Source of the DNA: Candidatus Rifleibacteriota bacterium | Lineage (GTDB): Bacteria; Muiribacteriota; Ozemobacteria; Ozemobacterales; Ozemobacteraceae | Assembly (NCBI GenBank): GCA_017417215.1 | Contig: JAFPZP010000090.1 | Location: 294-64,293, forward strand | Direction of reading: 5' to 3' | DNA length: 64,000 bases | Shown here: piece after piece, positions 18,833-29,200 of the stretch | Position numbering within the stretch: position 1 is the stretch's first letter | How the letters are laid out: the number at the start of each line of letters is the position of its first letter | Notes under the pieces: generated by a model | Seen by the model: only the letters and a program-made list of their open reading frames with translations | Told to the model about the DNA's origin: nothing | The model's database searches: none | Made by a program: the position numbers and the translations under genes

Positions 18833-20365
18833 TTGTTTCGACAGACAACAAAAATTGGTAGGGGAGTTTTACCATTATTTTGTTGTGCTCTTTTGTCGAA
18901 TCCAAATTGTTATGCTGCCGTTAATCAGGCAAATGTCAGACAGCTTCAGCAAAAAATAATAGATAATCCCAAAGACGTTGATGCGCATTTAAAGCTTGCT
19001 TTGGAATACAGCATGGGTAACGATTTTGTTAAAGCTGTAGAAACCTATTTCGCTCTATTAAGAATTGATCCAAATAATTTTCATGCTTATAATAATTTAG
19101 GAATTCTCTATAAACAGAGTGGTCAATTCAGAGATAGTTTACACTGCTATCAGCAGGCACAGCGAATAGACCCCGATTCTTGCTGGGTTCCATACAATAT
19201 GGGGCTTTGTTATGAAGCAATGGGGCGAATGCAGGAAGCCAGAGAAAGCTATGGTCAGGCTCTTTCTTTGAATCCCTCTTTTTCTCAGGCGTTGCAAAGA
19301 CTTAGAATTTTATCTTCAGATGGTGCTGATCAGCCCGTTCCTGAATTACCTGGTTTGTCTGAATCACAGATTTATATTGCAGATTCAAAAGTTTCAAAAC
19401 CTGTAATCAGGTCACAGAACACCGAAACTACTGTTGTAGCAAAAGCTGTTAAAACCCAGCCCACAGTTAAATCAACTGAAAAAACAGAAAAATCTGAAAA
19501 AGCTGAGAAAACCGAAAGAATTTCAGAACGTCTGGAAAAAGAAAAAAATCAAAAGAAATCTGTTAATCTTAAGCACAGGACTTCTCGAAAAGGTCCTGCA
19601 GCTATGGTCTTCAATCAGGCTATGGATGCTTTGGAAAGCGGAAAAACTGAACTGGCCATCGAGTTATATGTTAATGCTATCATCGCTGAAAGAGAGTTAT
19701 TATCTGAACCTGAAAACGGTCTTATCAGACAGGGTCTGACTTTCTTGAAAGATAGACCAAATAGAATGTCTAATGGTCTGTTTTACAGGGGAATGCTGAT
19801 TTATATTTCTGGTCATATAGATTTGGCTATAGCTGATTTAAAGAACTATTCAGATGTTGTTTCCAAGAGCGATAAGGCTTCTTCTGTAAGTCAGTATCTG
19901 GAAGAGGCAAAAAGAATAATCGACAAATATGAAGCTGAAAAGCAGGCTATTGCTCAAATGGAAGCAGAAAGAAAGGCTGCCATTGCTTTGGCTGAACAGC
20001 AGAAATTGGCTCAGCAAGCTTCTGCCAAACCAGAAGAAGAAATTGCCAGACCTAGCGATTTTGCTTTGAAAAGAATGGATATAGACCAGATTATCCAAGA
20101 AGCCGACAAACTTAGTCGTGAAAGTAGACTGACAGATGCTGTTGCTGTTTTAGAGTCTGGTTTAAGCAGAGACCCCAGCAATATTCAGCTTCTGATGAAA
20201 AGTGCCAACGCTTATACAGATATGCTATTGCTTAAAGGTGATAATGAAGCTGGTAAAATGGCATTGGTCAGATATAAAAAGGTTATGAGTTTCGCTTCAC
20301 CTAATTCAAGAGAAGCTGCTATAGCAAAAGAAATGATTGATGAACTCAATAAAAGAGTTCGATGA
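18833..20365 (+). CDS. Secreted TPR-repeat protein with central charged coiled-coil region
   Basis: TPR consensus repeats (AHLKLALEYSMGNDFVKAVETYFALLRIDPNNFHAYNNLGILY...). The track ORF start at 18746 overlaps spoVS. The first plausible start after the spoVS stop is TTG at 18833, giving a signal-like FRQTTKIGRGVLPLFCCALLSNPNCYA. Start is uncertain. Confidence 0.6.
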   Translation: MFRQTTKIGRGVLPLFCCALLSNPNCYAAVNQANVRQLQQKIIDNPKDVDAHLKLALEYSMGNDFVKAVETYFALLRIDPNNFHAYNNLGILYKQSGQFRDSLHCYQQAQRIDPDSCWVPYNMGLCYEAMGRMQEARESYGQALSLNPSFSQALQRLRILSSDGADQPVPELPGLSESQIYIADSKVSKPVIRSQNTETTVVAKAVKTQPTVKSTEKTEKSEKAEKTERISERLEKEKNQKKSVNLKHRTSRKGPAAMVFNQAMDALESGKTELAIELYVNAIIAERELLSEPENGLIRQGLTFLKDRPNRMSNGLFYRGMLIYISGHIDLAIADLKNYSDVVSKSDKASSVSQYLEEAKRIIDKYEAEKQAIAQMEAERKAAIALAEQQKLAQQASAKPEEEIARPSDFALKRMDIDQIIQEADKLSRESRLTDAVAVLESGLSRDPSNIQLLMKSANAYTDMLLLKGDNEAGKMALVRYKKVMSFASPNSREAAIAKEMIDELNKRVR

Positions 20366-20421
20366 GGTTTTAAAAAGTTTATAAATTGTTGAAATAGTTA
20401 ATATTATAATTGTTGAACTTC

Positions 20422-20466
20422 AAAAAAAATGGGGCAGTGATTTAAAATCACTGCCCCGTTTTTTTA
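20422..20466. terminator. Bidirectional Rho-independent terminator
   Basis: aaaaaaaa-tggggcagtgat-ttaaa-atcactgcccc-gttttttt, between convergent genes. Confidence 0.85.
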
Positions 20467-20474
20467 GCCAGGTT

Positions 20475-21707
20475 TTATTTCAGAGTTATATTTGCTCTGA
20501 CGTCTTGTGCAGTATCTGTTAAAGGTAAGGTTACTTTGATAGTTTGTGATTCATAACCATCTTTATAAACTACTAATAAGTAATCACCATCTGTGAATTC
20601 ATAATTTAAGGAAGAAGTACTGTATTCACCATTTGAATCAGTAGTAAGTTCTATTTCCTGACCGTTATTTTCACAGGCTACTGCTTTACCTGTTTCTTTG
20701 TCGACCTTATAGAACTTAATAATTGCATTTGCGACTTTACCTTCAGAATCTGATATAACACCAGTAATTGTGTATTTATCTTCTTCTTCTTGTTTCTTGT
20801 TAAGTTTATAGCTATATTCAAATTTGTTAGAATCTTTGTCTCTATTGATTACTAATGATTCTGGTTTTTCTGTTTGTTCATAGCCATCAGGAATAGTATA
20901 GGTTATTTTTGATGTATCAACATTATCGCCAACATTTCCAGAACCAGTAAATTCTTTGGTCATGCTAGTAACTAAATTACCATTTTCATCATAGAAATAG
21001 TAATATACAGTATATTCTGCTGTTCTTCTCTTATAATAAAGTGTTAATTTATTTTCTGAAGAACCAATAGTAATAGATTCTTGTGAAGAAGTTGAATCAT
21101 ACTCATATAGATCATAATTTGGATCATTTGGATCTTCTTTTATGTAATCTTTTGCATAAACAGTAGTTCCAATTGTTCCCTTATCACGTTCTTGTTCATA
21201 CAAATCTTTTTTATCGGGACCTATATGATAAATATAAAGATAGGCTTCGTTTTCTCCTAATTCTTCTTCTTTGATTACAACATCATCAAGCCACCATTTA
21301 TCATCTTCAAAAATAAGCTTGAATACTATAACCAAAGTACCATTATTATAATAAAATTTACAGGTTACTTCTGCTGTATTATCAGCTTTTTTTACATCAG
21401 TAACTTTAAGTTCGTAAGGTTCACCACCAGCTAAGTCTTTCAAATAGATTACTTTACCGCTAGAATTGGAAGTGGTGTTAGAATCTGTTTCTTGAGCTGT
21501 TGCCTGTCTGATAAAATTGTTGTTAGTGTCTACAACAACAGATGGAGAAGGAACTGAACCTCTCCATGATTCAGATATTCTCATGACTGCTGTTTCCGGA
21601 CTTTCCTGTTTCAAAACAGACTGACTTCCTCCACTGCCACAGCCGACTATCAACAGAGCAGACAAGAGCATTAGACTAAATATATATTTAAATGATCTGT
21701 TTTTCAT
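20475..21707 (-). CDS. Surface lipoprotein with MucBP-like and carboxypeptidase-regulatory-like (CarboxypepD_reg) domains
   Basis: Lipobox LLIVGC-GSGG. EYTVYYYFYDENGNLV...IPDGYEQ resembles MucBP. C-terminal YTITGVISDSEGKVANAIIKFYKV...DSNGEYS...GDYLLVVYKDGYESQ resembles CarboxypepD_reg. Confidence 0.6.
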   Translation of the reverse strand: MKNRSFKYIFSLMLLSALLIVGCGSGGSQSVLKQESPETAVMRISESWRGSVPSPSVVVDTNNNFIRQATAQETDSNTTSNSSGKVIYLKDLAGGEPYELKVTDVKKADNTAEVTCKFYYNNGTLVIVFKLIFEDDKWWLDDVVIKEEELGENEAYLYIYHIGPDKKDLYEQERDKGTIGTTVYAKDYIKEDPNDPNYDLYEYDSTSSQESITIGSSENKLTLYYKRRTAEYTVYYYFYDENGNLVTSMTKEFTGSGNVGDNVDTSKITYTIPDGYEQTEKPESLVINRDKDSNKFEYSYKLNKKQEEEDKYTITGVISDSEGKVANAIIKFYKVDKETGKAVACENNGQEIELTTDSNGEYSTSSLNYEFTDGDYLLVVYKDGYESQTIKVTLPLTDTAQDVRANITLK

Positions 21708-21795
21708 TTTTACTCCTTTTTATTATTAAAAATACTTATAGAGCTTCTAAGCAATAAAACAAAAGCTATCATTTTATTACTTTTTAGTGATTATC

Positions 21796-22737
21796 TTAGT
21801 GAGCATTGTATACAAGCTTATATTCTCCGTTTTCACCAGCTGTGATATCAGAACCTAAGCTTACATAATCATCATCAAGATTTAAACCCCAACCTATAAT
21901 TGGCTCTTGTGAGATATCAATTGGCATTACAAAATTTCCTGAATCATCAGTTTGGGCTGTATATGCCTTGTCTTTTGTTACAGCTATTATGGTTGTTCCA
22001 TTCAAAGAAGTTAATATATCGCTAGTTAATTTACCTTTTACATTTTTTCCACTTAAAGAAATTGGTTCAGGATCAGTTAAAACAGCTGATTTTGAAAAAT
22101 CAGTATAAGTTGTAGAAGAATGATATCTGATATTATTATCCCATAAGTCTGAACAAATTACATATGAATCAGCAAGAGGAACTGATTCTAGAGTGAAAGA
22201 TATTACTCCGTCAACAAATGTTGTTTTTTCAACAAAGGGCAATCCTTCTATATAAACAAAAGGAAGTTCTGACTCTTCTTTTATTGTAGTTTCAAAATCT
22301 AAGTAACCGTTTATATCTGTCGTTTGAACAAGTTTAATTTCAGGAATTTCTACTGAAGAATCCATACTTATACTCTGTCTGGCTGAAGCATATTTCATAG
22401 AACCATCAGAGTTCTGGGCAATTATATAGTAATCGCCAGCAGGAATCTGACCAGCATAATTACCATTTTCATCTATATTGAAAGTATAGATTTCGTTATT
22501 CACTACAGCTCTGGAAATACCATTAGTCATATTATTCCCATATATAGCTGTAGGAGTATAGAAAGATACAGTTCCTTTGCCATCTGCATTTTTAACGTTC
22601 CCGCTTACACTAACCAACCCAGAGTTAACTGAACCGTTAGAAACCGGGTTATTAGAGGAGGAACTTCCGCAACCAACGGTAAGAAGAACTGATGAAAGCA
22701 GTATTCCGAATATGTATTTTAAACTTTTATTTCTCAT
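21796..22737 (-). CDS. Lipoprotein with carboxypeptidase-regulatory-like domain
   Basis: Signal/lipobox MRNKSLKYIFGILLSSVLLTVGC-GSSS is paralogous to that of the downstream gene. VSVSGNVKNADGKG...DENGNYAGQIPAGDYYIIAQ. Confidence 0.55.
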   Translation of the reverse strand: MRNKSLKYIFGILLSSVLLTVGCGSSSSNNPVSNGSVNSGLVSVSGNVKNADGKGTVSFYTPTAIYGNNMTNGISRAVVNNEIYTFNIDENGNYAGQIPAGDYYIIAQNSDGSMKYASARQSISMDSSVEIPEIKLVQTTDINGYLDFETTIKEESELPFVYIEGLPFVEKTTFVDGVISFTLESVPLADSYVICSDLWDNNIRYHSSTTYTDFSKSAVLTDPEPISLSGKNVKGKLTSDILTSLNGTTIIAVTKDKAYTAQTDDSGNFVMPIDISQEPIIGWGLNLDDDYVSLGSDITAGENGEYKLVYNAH

Positions 22738-22753
22738 TTATTCTACCCTCCTC

Positions 22754-24796
22754 TTAGTAAGCATAAATTGTAATAGCGTCTGAATCTTCTGTTAGAGTAA
22801 GTATACCGTTAACATCTGTATCGCTACCAGTAGTTGTTCCGGTAACTTCAAATTTGTATGAATCGGCTGCAGGACCATCAAGAGTAGTTGTTTTTATTAT
22901 TGATTTCGAATTTGGATCATATCTATAAATATTACCATTAGAATCAACAAAACAACCTACACGATTTGATGTATTATCTTCTTGTAAAGGATTTGAAGAA
23001 TCTGAAGAATTATATATACAAGAAGTAACTGATGTAGAAGTACTGCCACTTGTTGATTTATTTGACCAATATTCAAAATAAAAACGACCATCGCTAAGTA
23101 TTTCAAAACGTTTGAATTCAGGACTTGAAGATGAGTCGACGTTTAATGGAATTGATTTTACGTCACTCGATTTAAATTTAGATAGTTTAAATTCAAAGCC
23201 AGATGATGTTTGATAGATTATACCAACATAGCGATCGCCATTACTAGCTTTGGCCATTTTAATTCCATAAGGGTAGCAATTTGAATCGTTTAAATCTCTT
23301 CCGTAATCATAACTTTCTGTAACAACAACTGGACCATCGGTTTCTTCATAGTCTACAGTTAAATAATGTCTAGTAATGTTATTGTCTTGATAATCTACCA
23401 AAAAGCCGTTGTCAGGAATAAAAGCACCAGAATAAATGAAACTATTATTACCTATATTGTAACCAGTTGAGTCAGAAGATATATCAAATGTACCAACTGG
23501 TTCTGAAGAAGTAAAATCTAGATATGAAAAGTCAAAAGCTTCAGTATCGCCGGTAGAACTATCTTTCATTGTCTGATAATAAACAGTGTATTTACCACAA
23601 ACATTTGATGGTAAGTAATATAATGAACTATCATAGGTGAAAGTACTCCAAGCACTACTATCAAGTGCTTTATAATATATTTTCCCCGGTTCTCCAGTGC
23701 AGGAAACGTAACCATCATAGTAATTAAGAGTATTATCATCAAAGCTATCTGTAGGTAATGCAATTTTTTGAACTACAACTGTTTTGCCTTCAGTTTCAGA
23801 TGATGATGACTTAAATGTGAGTGTCATTTCTGAAGTTTCAAAGTCGGTAACAGGATCTGGAACAGTTATAGGTCCTTCACTATTTGTTCTGGTTTCATTA
23901 GAATCAATTGCAAATATATTGTAACTTCCAGGAGCAGTAATATTAAGTTTACAAGAGTTGTTTTCAACTAAACTAAAGAAAATATTATTTCTGTCACTTC
24001 TATCACGAGCAACAACAAAAACAGGAGCTTTAACAGTAACACCAGAAGCTGTTTCTATTTTTACTGGAATAGTATAAGTATTTACTACTGAAGCTTTTAC
24101 TTTTATTGGTGAATTAACCATTGAATAGGTTGGATTATTAGCTTCTGGATATTCCAAATCACTTGCAGAAATAGTGAATGAAGTTGTTGGTGCTTCATAT
24201 CCTTGAAGTGTAGTTACTAATTGATAAGAAGTATCAATAGGAATATATTTTAAAGTGAAAATACCTTCATTATTAGTGAATGAACGTAAAGTTGAATCTT
24301 TAACATTTACCATAGCTCCGTAAACTGGAACCGGGGTTTCATCTGTGGTTTCAACCTTACCTGTAAGGGTTGCAAAAGGAGTAAGAGGTATTGATTCCTG
24401 GGTATCTCCATCGATAGCTACAGCCCTTAATCCACCAATATTTCCGCCATCTGCTGATAGAGAATATCTGCCATATGGAACATTGCTAAAAGAGTAAACG
24501 CCGTTTTTATCTGTTGTTGTATTAAATTCAGTTTGAATATCGTTTACTACAAGTCTTGAAGAAGTCTTTAAGACATCTGGCAAATTATTTGAAACTGAGT
24601 CAGAAAGGAGAGTCAGTTTAATTTTGACATTTTCAACTGGTTTCTTATTTGAATCGACGACCACACCGCTAACCTTAGCATTGCCTGAAATAACTGGTGA
24701 GGCAGGATTAGAATGACCACCGCCACCGCCGCAGCCCCAAGAGAAGACTGCTAAAGCAAGCAAAGCCAAAACGAAACACAATACTTTTCGTTTCAT
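22754..24796 (-). CDS. Large lipoprotein with two carboxypeptidase-regulatory-like domains and a Ser/Thr/Asp-rich C-terminal region
   Basis: Lipobox FSWGC-GGGGG. AKVSGVVVDSNKKPVENVKIKL...DKNGVYSFSNVPYGRYSL and TLTGKVETTDETPVPVYGAMVNV...NNEGIFTLKYIP. Confidence 0.55.
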   Translation of the reverse strand: MKRKVLCFVLALLALAVFSWGCGGGGGHSNPASPVISGNAKVSGVVVDSNKKPVENVKIKLTLLSDSVSNNLPDVLKTSSRLVVNDIQTEFNTTTDKNGVYSFSNVPYGRYSLSADGGNIGGLRAVAIDGDTQESIPLTPFATLTGKVETTDETPVPVYGAMVNVKDSTLRSFTNNEGIFTLKYIPIDTSYQLVTTLQGYEAPTTSFTISASDLEYPEANNPTYSMVNSPIKVKASVVNTYTIPVKIETASGVTVKAPVFVVARDRSDRNNIFFSLVENNSCKLNITAPGSYNIFAIDSNETRTNSEGPITVPDPVTDFETSEMTLTFKSSSSETEGKTVVVQKIALPTDSFDDNTLNYYDGYVSCTGEPGKIYYKALDSSAWSTFTYDSSLYYLPSNVCGKYTVYYQTMKDSSTGDTEAFDFSYLDFTSSEPVGTFDISSDSTGYNIGNNSFIYSGAFIPDNGFLVDYQDNNITRHYLTVDYEETDGPVVVTESYDYGRDLNDSNCYPYGIKMAKASNGDRYVGIIYQTSSGFEFKLSKFKSSDVKSIPLNVDSSSSPEFKRFEILSDGRFYFEYWSNKSTSGSTSTSVTSCIYNSSDSSNPLQEDNTSNRVGCFVDSNGNIYRYDPNSKSIIKTTTLDGPAADSYKFEVTGTTTGSDTDVNGILTLTEDSDAITIYAY

Positions 24797-24857
24797 ATAT
24801 TTAACTCCCTTTTATTTTTTTACATTATTATCTATTAAAATACTATTTTAACACTTT

Positions 24858-24886
24858 ATTATAACCCATTTCGGGGTACAATTCAA
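24858..24886 (-). promoter_or_regulatory. Sigma-70 promoter for the three-lipoprotein unit
   Basis: Minus strand reads TTGAAT, a 17-nt spacer, then TATAAT; about 60 nt upstream of ATG 24796. Confidence 0.65.
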
Positions 24887-24967
24887 GTTCTATGGATGTA
24901 TGGGGCAAATGCAAACTTTTATGGCTAATGATGGTTATTTTCAATGAAAAAACATTTTTTTTAAATA

Positions 24968-25121
24968 TCCCCTTTTTCAAAGGGGAATGATTGCGTTAGC
25001 AATCTAGGGGATTTTTGAGAAGTTTATTAAGCAGTACAAAGTTAAGTCCGAAGACTTTATTGTTATTAAAAATCTCCCTGTCAGGCATTACATGCCTGAC
25101 ATCCCTCTTTAAAAAAGAGGG
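24968..25121. repeat. Nested-hairpin palindromic element, copy C (composite, contains modules in both orientations)
   Basis: tcccctttt-tc-aaaagggga, gattgc-gtta-gcaatc, aggggattttt ... aagtc-cgaa-gactt ... aaaaatctccctgtcagg-cattacatg-cctgacatccctcttt-aaaa-aagaggg. The right half equals the reverse complement of the 3' part of copies A/B. Confidence 0.8.
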
Positions 25122-25214
25122 TTTGTTTTAAGTATATCAACACTTTATTATCTATATTGGCAGCTTTATTAATTACGAAAAAACTTATGTTTATATGGAA
25201 TCGTTGATTGGGGG

Positions 25215-25248
25215 ATAAAAAAAGAGCCAAGCTATACTTGGCTCTTTT
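25215..25248 (-). terminator. Rho-independent terminator after the OM-barrel gene
   Basis: Minus strand: gagccaag-tatag-cttggctc followed by ttttttt. Confidence 0.75.
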
Positions 25249-25258
25249 CGCATCTTTG

Positions 25259-26197
25259 TTACCACTGTTTAGATATACCCATTTGAAATTGGTTATCCCA
25301 GCCGTATTCTCTGTATGTCCTAAGATTTCTGTAGTATGCGGCTTCAAAGGTAAAATCTTTAACTGGTGCCAGTCTGAAACCAAAGACCATATCCATATTG
25401 TCTTTATCGTCACCGCCGGCAACTTCGCCTACAAGTTCCCATATAAATGAAACTCTGTCTGTAACTTCATAAGTCACACCAAAGTTATATAAAAACCAGT
25501 CTTCGTTTTCTTTGTTTAATAGAGCGCCTAATTCAAGGTTTGCTGTGGCTTTGTCTGTTTCTTTTGTGGTTACACAGCCAAATATTTTGGTTGTGGTTTC
25601 ATCTTTAGAACCAGCAGGAGCCATATTGTTTGAATTACCAGTGTCGCAGGTGCATGCCAAACCTAGTGCAAAGCGATAATAGCTATGGTCTTCCATATCT
25701 GTATATTTAAAACCTAGTCTGATATTTCCAAGACCATTGTTGGAATCAGCTCTTTGTCTGAATGTTCTTGGAGCACTTAAACTCCAGTTCTGTATAGGAA
25801 CAGTAATTGACCATTCAGCCCATTTTCCTATCCAGGTTATAGAGGTTTCAACAGATGATACATCGCCTTCTTCTGAAGTATAAAAGGCTTGCCCTTTTGT
25901 TGATGATAATTCATGATATTTGTATTTCATGCTGAGGACCATTTGTTGGGCAGTCAGCTTTTCGGCTGTTTCTGCAACAAATAGACCGCCTAACCCGCTG
26001 GAATTGATAGAATTTCTTGGAGTCAGCTTAAAGAGTGATTTTTCTTTTTCTATTCCGTAATAGTTATTAGGGTTTGGATTAGTTTTTGCTGTTGAATAAA
26101 TTTCGTAGTCGTTATAATCGTCATACATAGCAGGCAGCTCTGAAGCTGATGCTAGTAATACCAATGATAAGGCTAGGAATAGTTTCTTTAATTTCAT
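25259..26197 (-). CDS. Outer-membrane beta-barrel protein (putative transporter/porin-like)
   Basis: Signal peptide MKLKKLFLALSLVLLASA. Alternating amphipathic strands throughout. C-terminal aromatic residue (..QFQMGISKQW). ATG at 26197 is preferred over the CTG track start at 26212. Confidence 0.6.
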   Translation of the reverse strand: MKLKKLFLALSLVLLASASELPAMYDDYNDYEIYSTAKTNPNPNNYYGIEKEKSLFKLTPRNSINSSGLGGLFVAETAEKLTAQQMVLSMKYKYHELSSTKGQAFYTSEEGDVSSVETSITWIGKWAEWSITVPIQNWSLSAPRTFRQRADSNNGLGNIRLGFKYTDMEDHSYYRFALGLACTCDTGNSNNMAPAGSKDETTTKIFGCVTTKETDKATANLELGALLNKENEDWFLYNFGVTYEVTDRVSFIWELVGEVAGGDDKDNMDMVFGFRLAPVKDFTFEAAYYRNLRTYREYGWDNQFQMGISKQW

Positions 26198-26252
26198 ATT
26201 TATATCCAGCAAATAACCTTTATTATTCTTTGTTGAGAATGATTAATACCTA

Positions 26253-29200
26253 TTATTGAAGCTTAGCAACGTATTTCTTCAACCGTTCCGAATGTGGGAA
26301 GGGTTGAGGACTAGCTTGACTGAGAATTTCAAGAAGTTTCTGGGCTTCAGCTTTATGTGATCTGCTTTTATTTTGAATATAAAGCAAAGTATATAACTGA
26401 GCCTGGTAGAACTGGTGTTCTGGATGACCGGGTTCTAGTTGGTTGACTGCTTGGAATTCTGCCAATGCTCTAAGGGGTTGACCAGAGAACATGTAAACCA
26501 AACCAAGATTTGAGTGGGATTCAACATCAACGGGGTCTACTTCCAGCATTCTGCTCCAAACCTTTTCATTTAGGGCAAGGATATTGTAAGTAGCATCTAC
26601 ATTAAAGTCGCCTTTAATAAGGTTCCATTGGTCAACTGCTTTTTCAGCTTGACCACCAAGCCAATAGAGATTACCTAATCCCAAGTGTCCTAAGGGTTCG
26701 TCAGGATTCATTACTGTAAGCTTAGCATAAGCATCAAAAGCGTCTTTAAAGTTCCCTTGGGTTGTATTCAAGAATCCAAGATTAACTAGAGCTTCTGTAT
26801 TGGTTGGAGATATTGAAGCAGCTTTTTGGAAATCGTCTATAGCTTTTGCAATCAGACCTTTTTCTGCGTTAGCCAGCCCAGAGCTAAGAATTGTATCTGC
26901 TTTGTCTGGTAATCTTTCAGATTTCTTTTCTGTAGCTTTAATAGTGTATTTACTGCCACTCTTGAGCTCATCAGGCAACGCATATTTGCTACTATGTTCG
27001 TTAAAGCTTTGAAGCTTTGTGACTACCCATTTCTTTTCCTGACTGCTCATGGTCTGGTTATTAACATTAGATTTCAGTGGGGCTGTCAAAGTTGGTGTCT
27101 TTATATTGCCCATCTTATCAAGTTGTTTTAATACCCACATTTTATCTTCTGGAGTCATTGTATATTTACCGTATTCTTGTAATGCTTCAGAAGAAGAAAC
27201 CTTTTCTGGAGTAAATTTAGTGTTTTCACTAGAATCATTGATTCTTCTGACCATCTGTTCTTTAACTTCCATTGCATCTTCAACAGATGGGTATTGAGCT
27301 GGAGCCATCATTTTGGTTATTTCCCAGATTTTCTGTCTGGCATGACGCTTGATAGAAGAATTAGCTGGTGCTTTTGCATATAAACTTTCATAGATATCTC
27401 TTGCAGGTTTCAGACGATTAAGTCTGATTCTAGCCAAACCGCAGAGAGCCATAGCCTTATGGTAATTTGGATTTACTCTTAAAGCATCAAGAGCATAGCT
27501 TTCTGCTGCATCAAATTCTTTGTTTTCATAGGCTATCAGACCTAAATAATACTTGGGTTCAGGTTCTTTATATCTAAGAGCTTCAGCTTGTGCAAAGAAT
27601 TCTCGGGCATAAGACAATCTGCTTAGCTTTTGATGTGTTCTGGCTATATGCATTATGATGTCGTAATTGTTTGGATTTAACTTGCAGGCTTTTTCAAAAG
27701 CAGAAAGGGCAGGAACATAAAGTCCGGAATCTGAATAGAGTTCGCCTAAAGCAACATATGGTTCATATCTGTCAGGGTCAAGTCTCTGACATTCAAGATA
27801 TTTTTCCTTAGCTCTATTAACTAAGCCGTTCTTTCTAAATTCGTTACCTTCAGCCAATAGCTTGTCTATAGGAGCAGGAGACTTGATTTCAGGAACGGGC
27901 AAATCGGTATGTCGTTCATGGGCAAGTCTTATTTTGTTTTGAAGATTGGCAACTACTTTATTAAGAGCAGAATTGGGGTAAGTATTCTTCTTTAATATAT
28001 CTAATGTTGCTAAAGCTTCTTCTGCATTATTTGTCTTAGCAAGTGCTATGGCTTTAAACATCAAGGCTTTGTCGTGAGTTGGATTTAAATCTAATACATT
28101 ATTAAATGCATCTAAGGCTTGTTTATAATCTTTAGTCAAGTAATAGGCTAAACCAAGGTTATATCTGGCTATAATATATGTTGAATTTAATTCCAAAGCA
28201 CGTTTAAAAGACTGGATTGAACTTTTGAGTTCACCTGATTTAAATAGAACCCAACCTAAGGTATGGTGGAACTCAGCTTTCATTCCGTTTAATTCAACAG
28301 CTTTTTTTGCATATTTTAAAGCTACATCAAGTTTTTCTTCTCTAGTAGCATAGATATAAGCCAGACCGTTAAGGGCTTCTTCATGATTGGGCTGGAGATT
28401 AAGTGCCTGAGAGAAGCTCTTTTCTGCATCTGCAAGACGGTTAAGTTCCATATAGCATTGAGCTAATATAGAGTGAATATCAGCAATGTCAGGATGACTG
28501 CTTCTAAGATAAACCAATCGTCTGACAGCTTCGTCGTAGTTTCTCATATTAACAAGCTTTGCAATTTCTCTAAGTCTTGGAAATACATCTTCAAGCTTAG
28601 ATTCAGCCTGTTTACCGCCTAACCCATGCATGTCCTTGACATATTGATTGACTTCAACTGTTTTCTTGGGGGCAGTAGTCTTAACATAAGCTACTGGAGA
28701 ATCTCTTCTTGCAACCTGATCCATCATTATAGTGATGGTTTTTATAGCATTTTTAGCTTGCTGACTGTTAGGAGGACAGTCTTTTAGAACTTTACGCATT
28801 TCTTCAAGAGCATCGTCAAGTTCATTGTTCTGAGCTAAAATAAGGGCTCTATTATATCTTGCTTCAATAAAATCAGGTTTTAATTTTAGAGCGTTATTTA
28901 TATTGCTTAAAGCAGTTCTATTATCGCCTTTTTTCGCATTAGTAAGCGCTAAGGCATATAAAGCCTGAGCTGTTTGGAGCTTAAGCTTTCTGGTTTCGAG
29001 TTCAGCATCAACTGCTTCATCGCTTTTCCCTGCATCAAGGAGTTTATTGGCTCTATCAGTATATTCTTTTAATTTGTTTTCTCTTATGAGAACAGCTTGT
29101 TCTAATGCTATAGATGCCTGATGGTAAATTTTAAGGCTCAAATAGCAGTTACCAAGACGGAACCAGTTTTCTGAATTGTTCTGATTTAACTTAGCTGCTT

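Noticed and set aside
23231-23238. GCGATCGC (cyanobacterial HIP1 palindrome)
   Set aside because: The only copy I noticed lies inside a coding region; I did not scan the whole window exhaustively. One copy is no evidence of HIP1-type enrichment.
25081-25450. ORFs 25081..25422 (-) and 25208..25450 (+)
   Set aside because: They overlap the OM-barrel gene, its terminator and the hairpin element. One ends by reading through the repeat (..KEGCQACNA).
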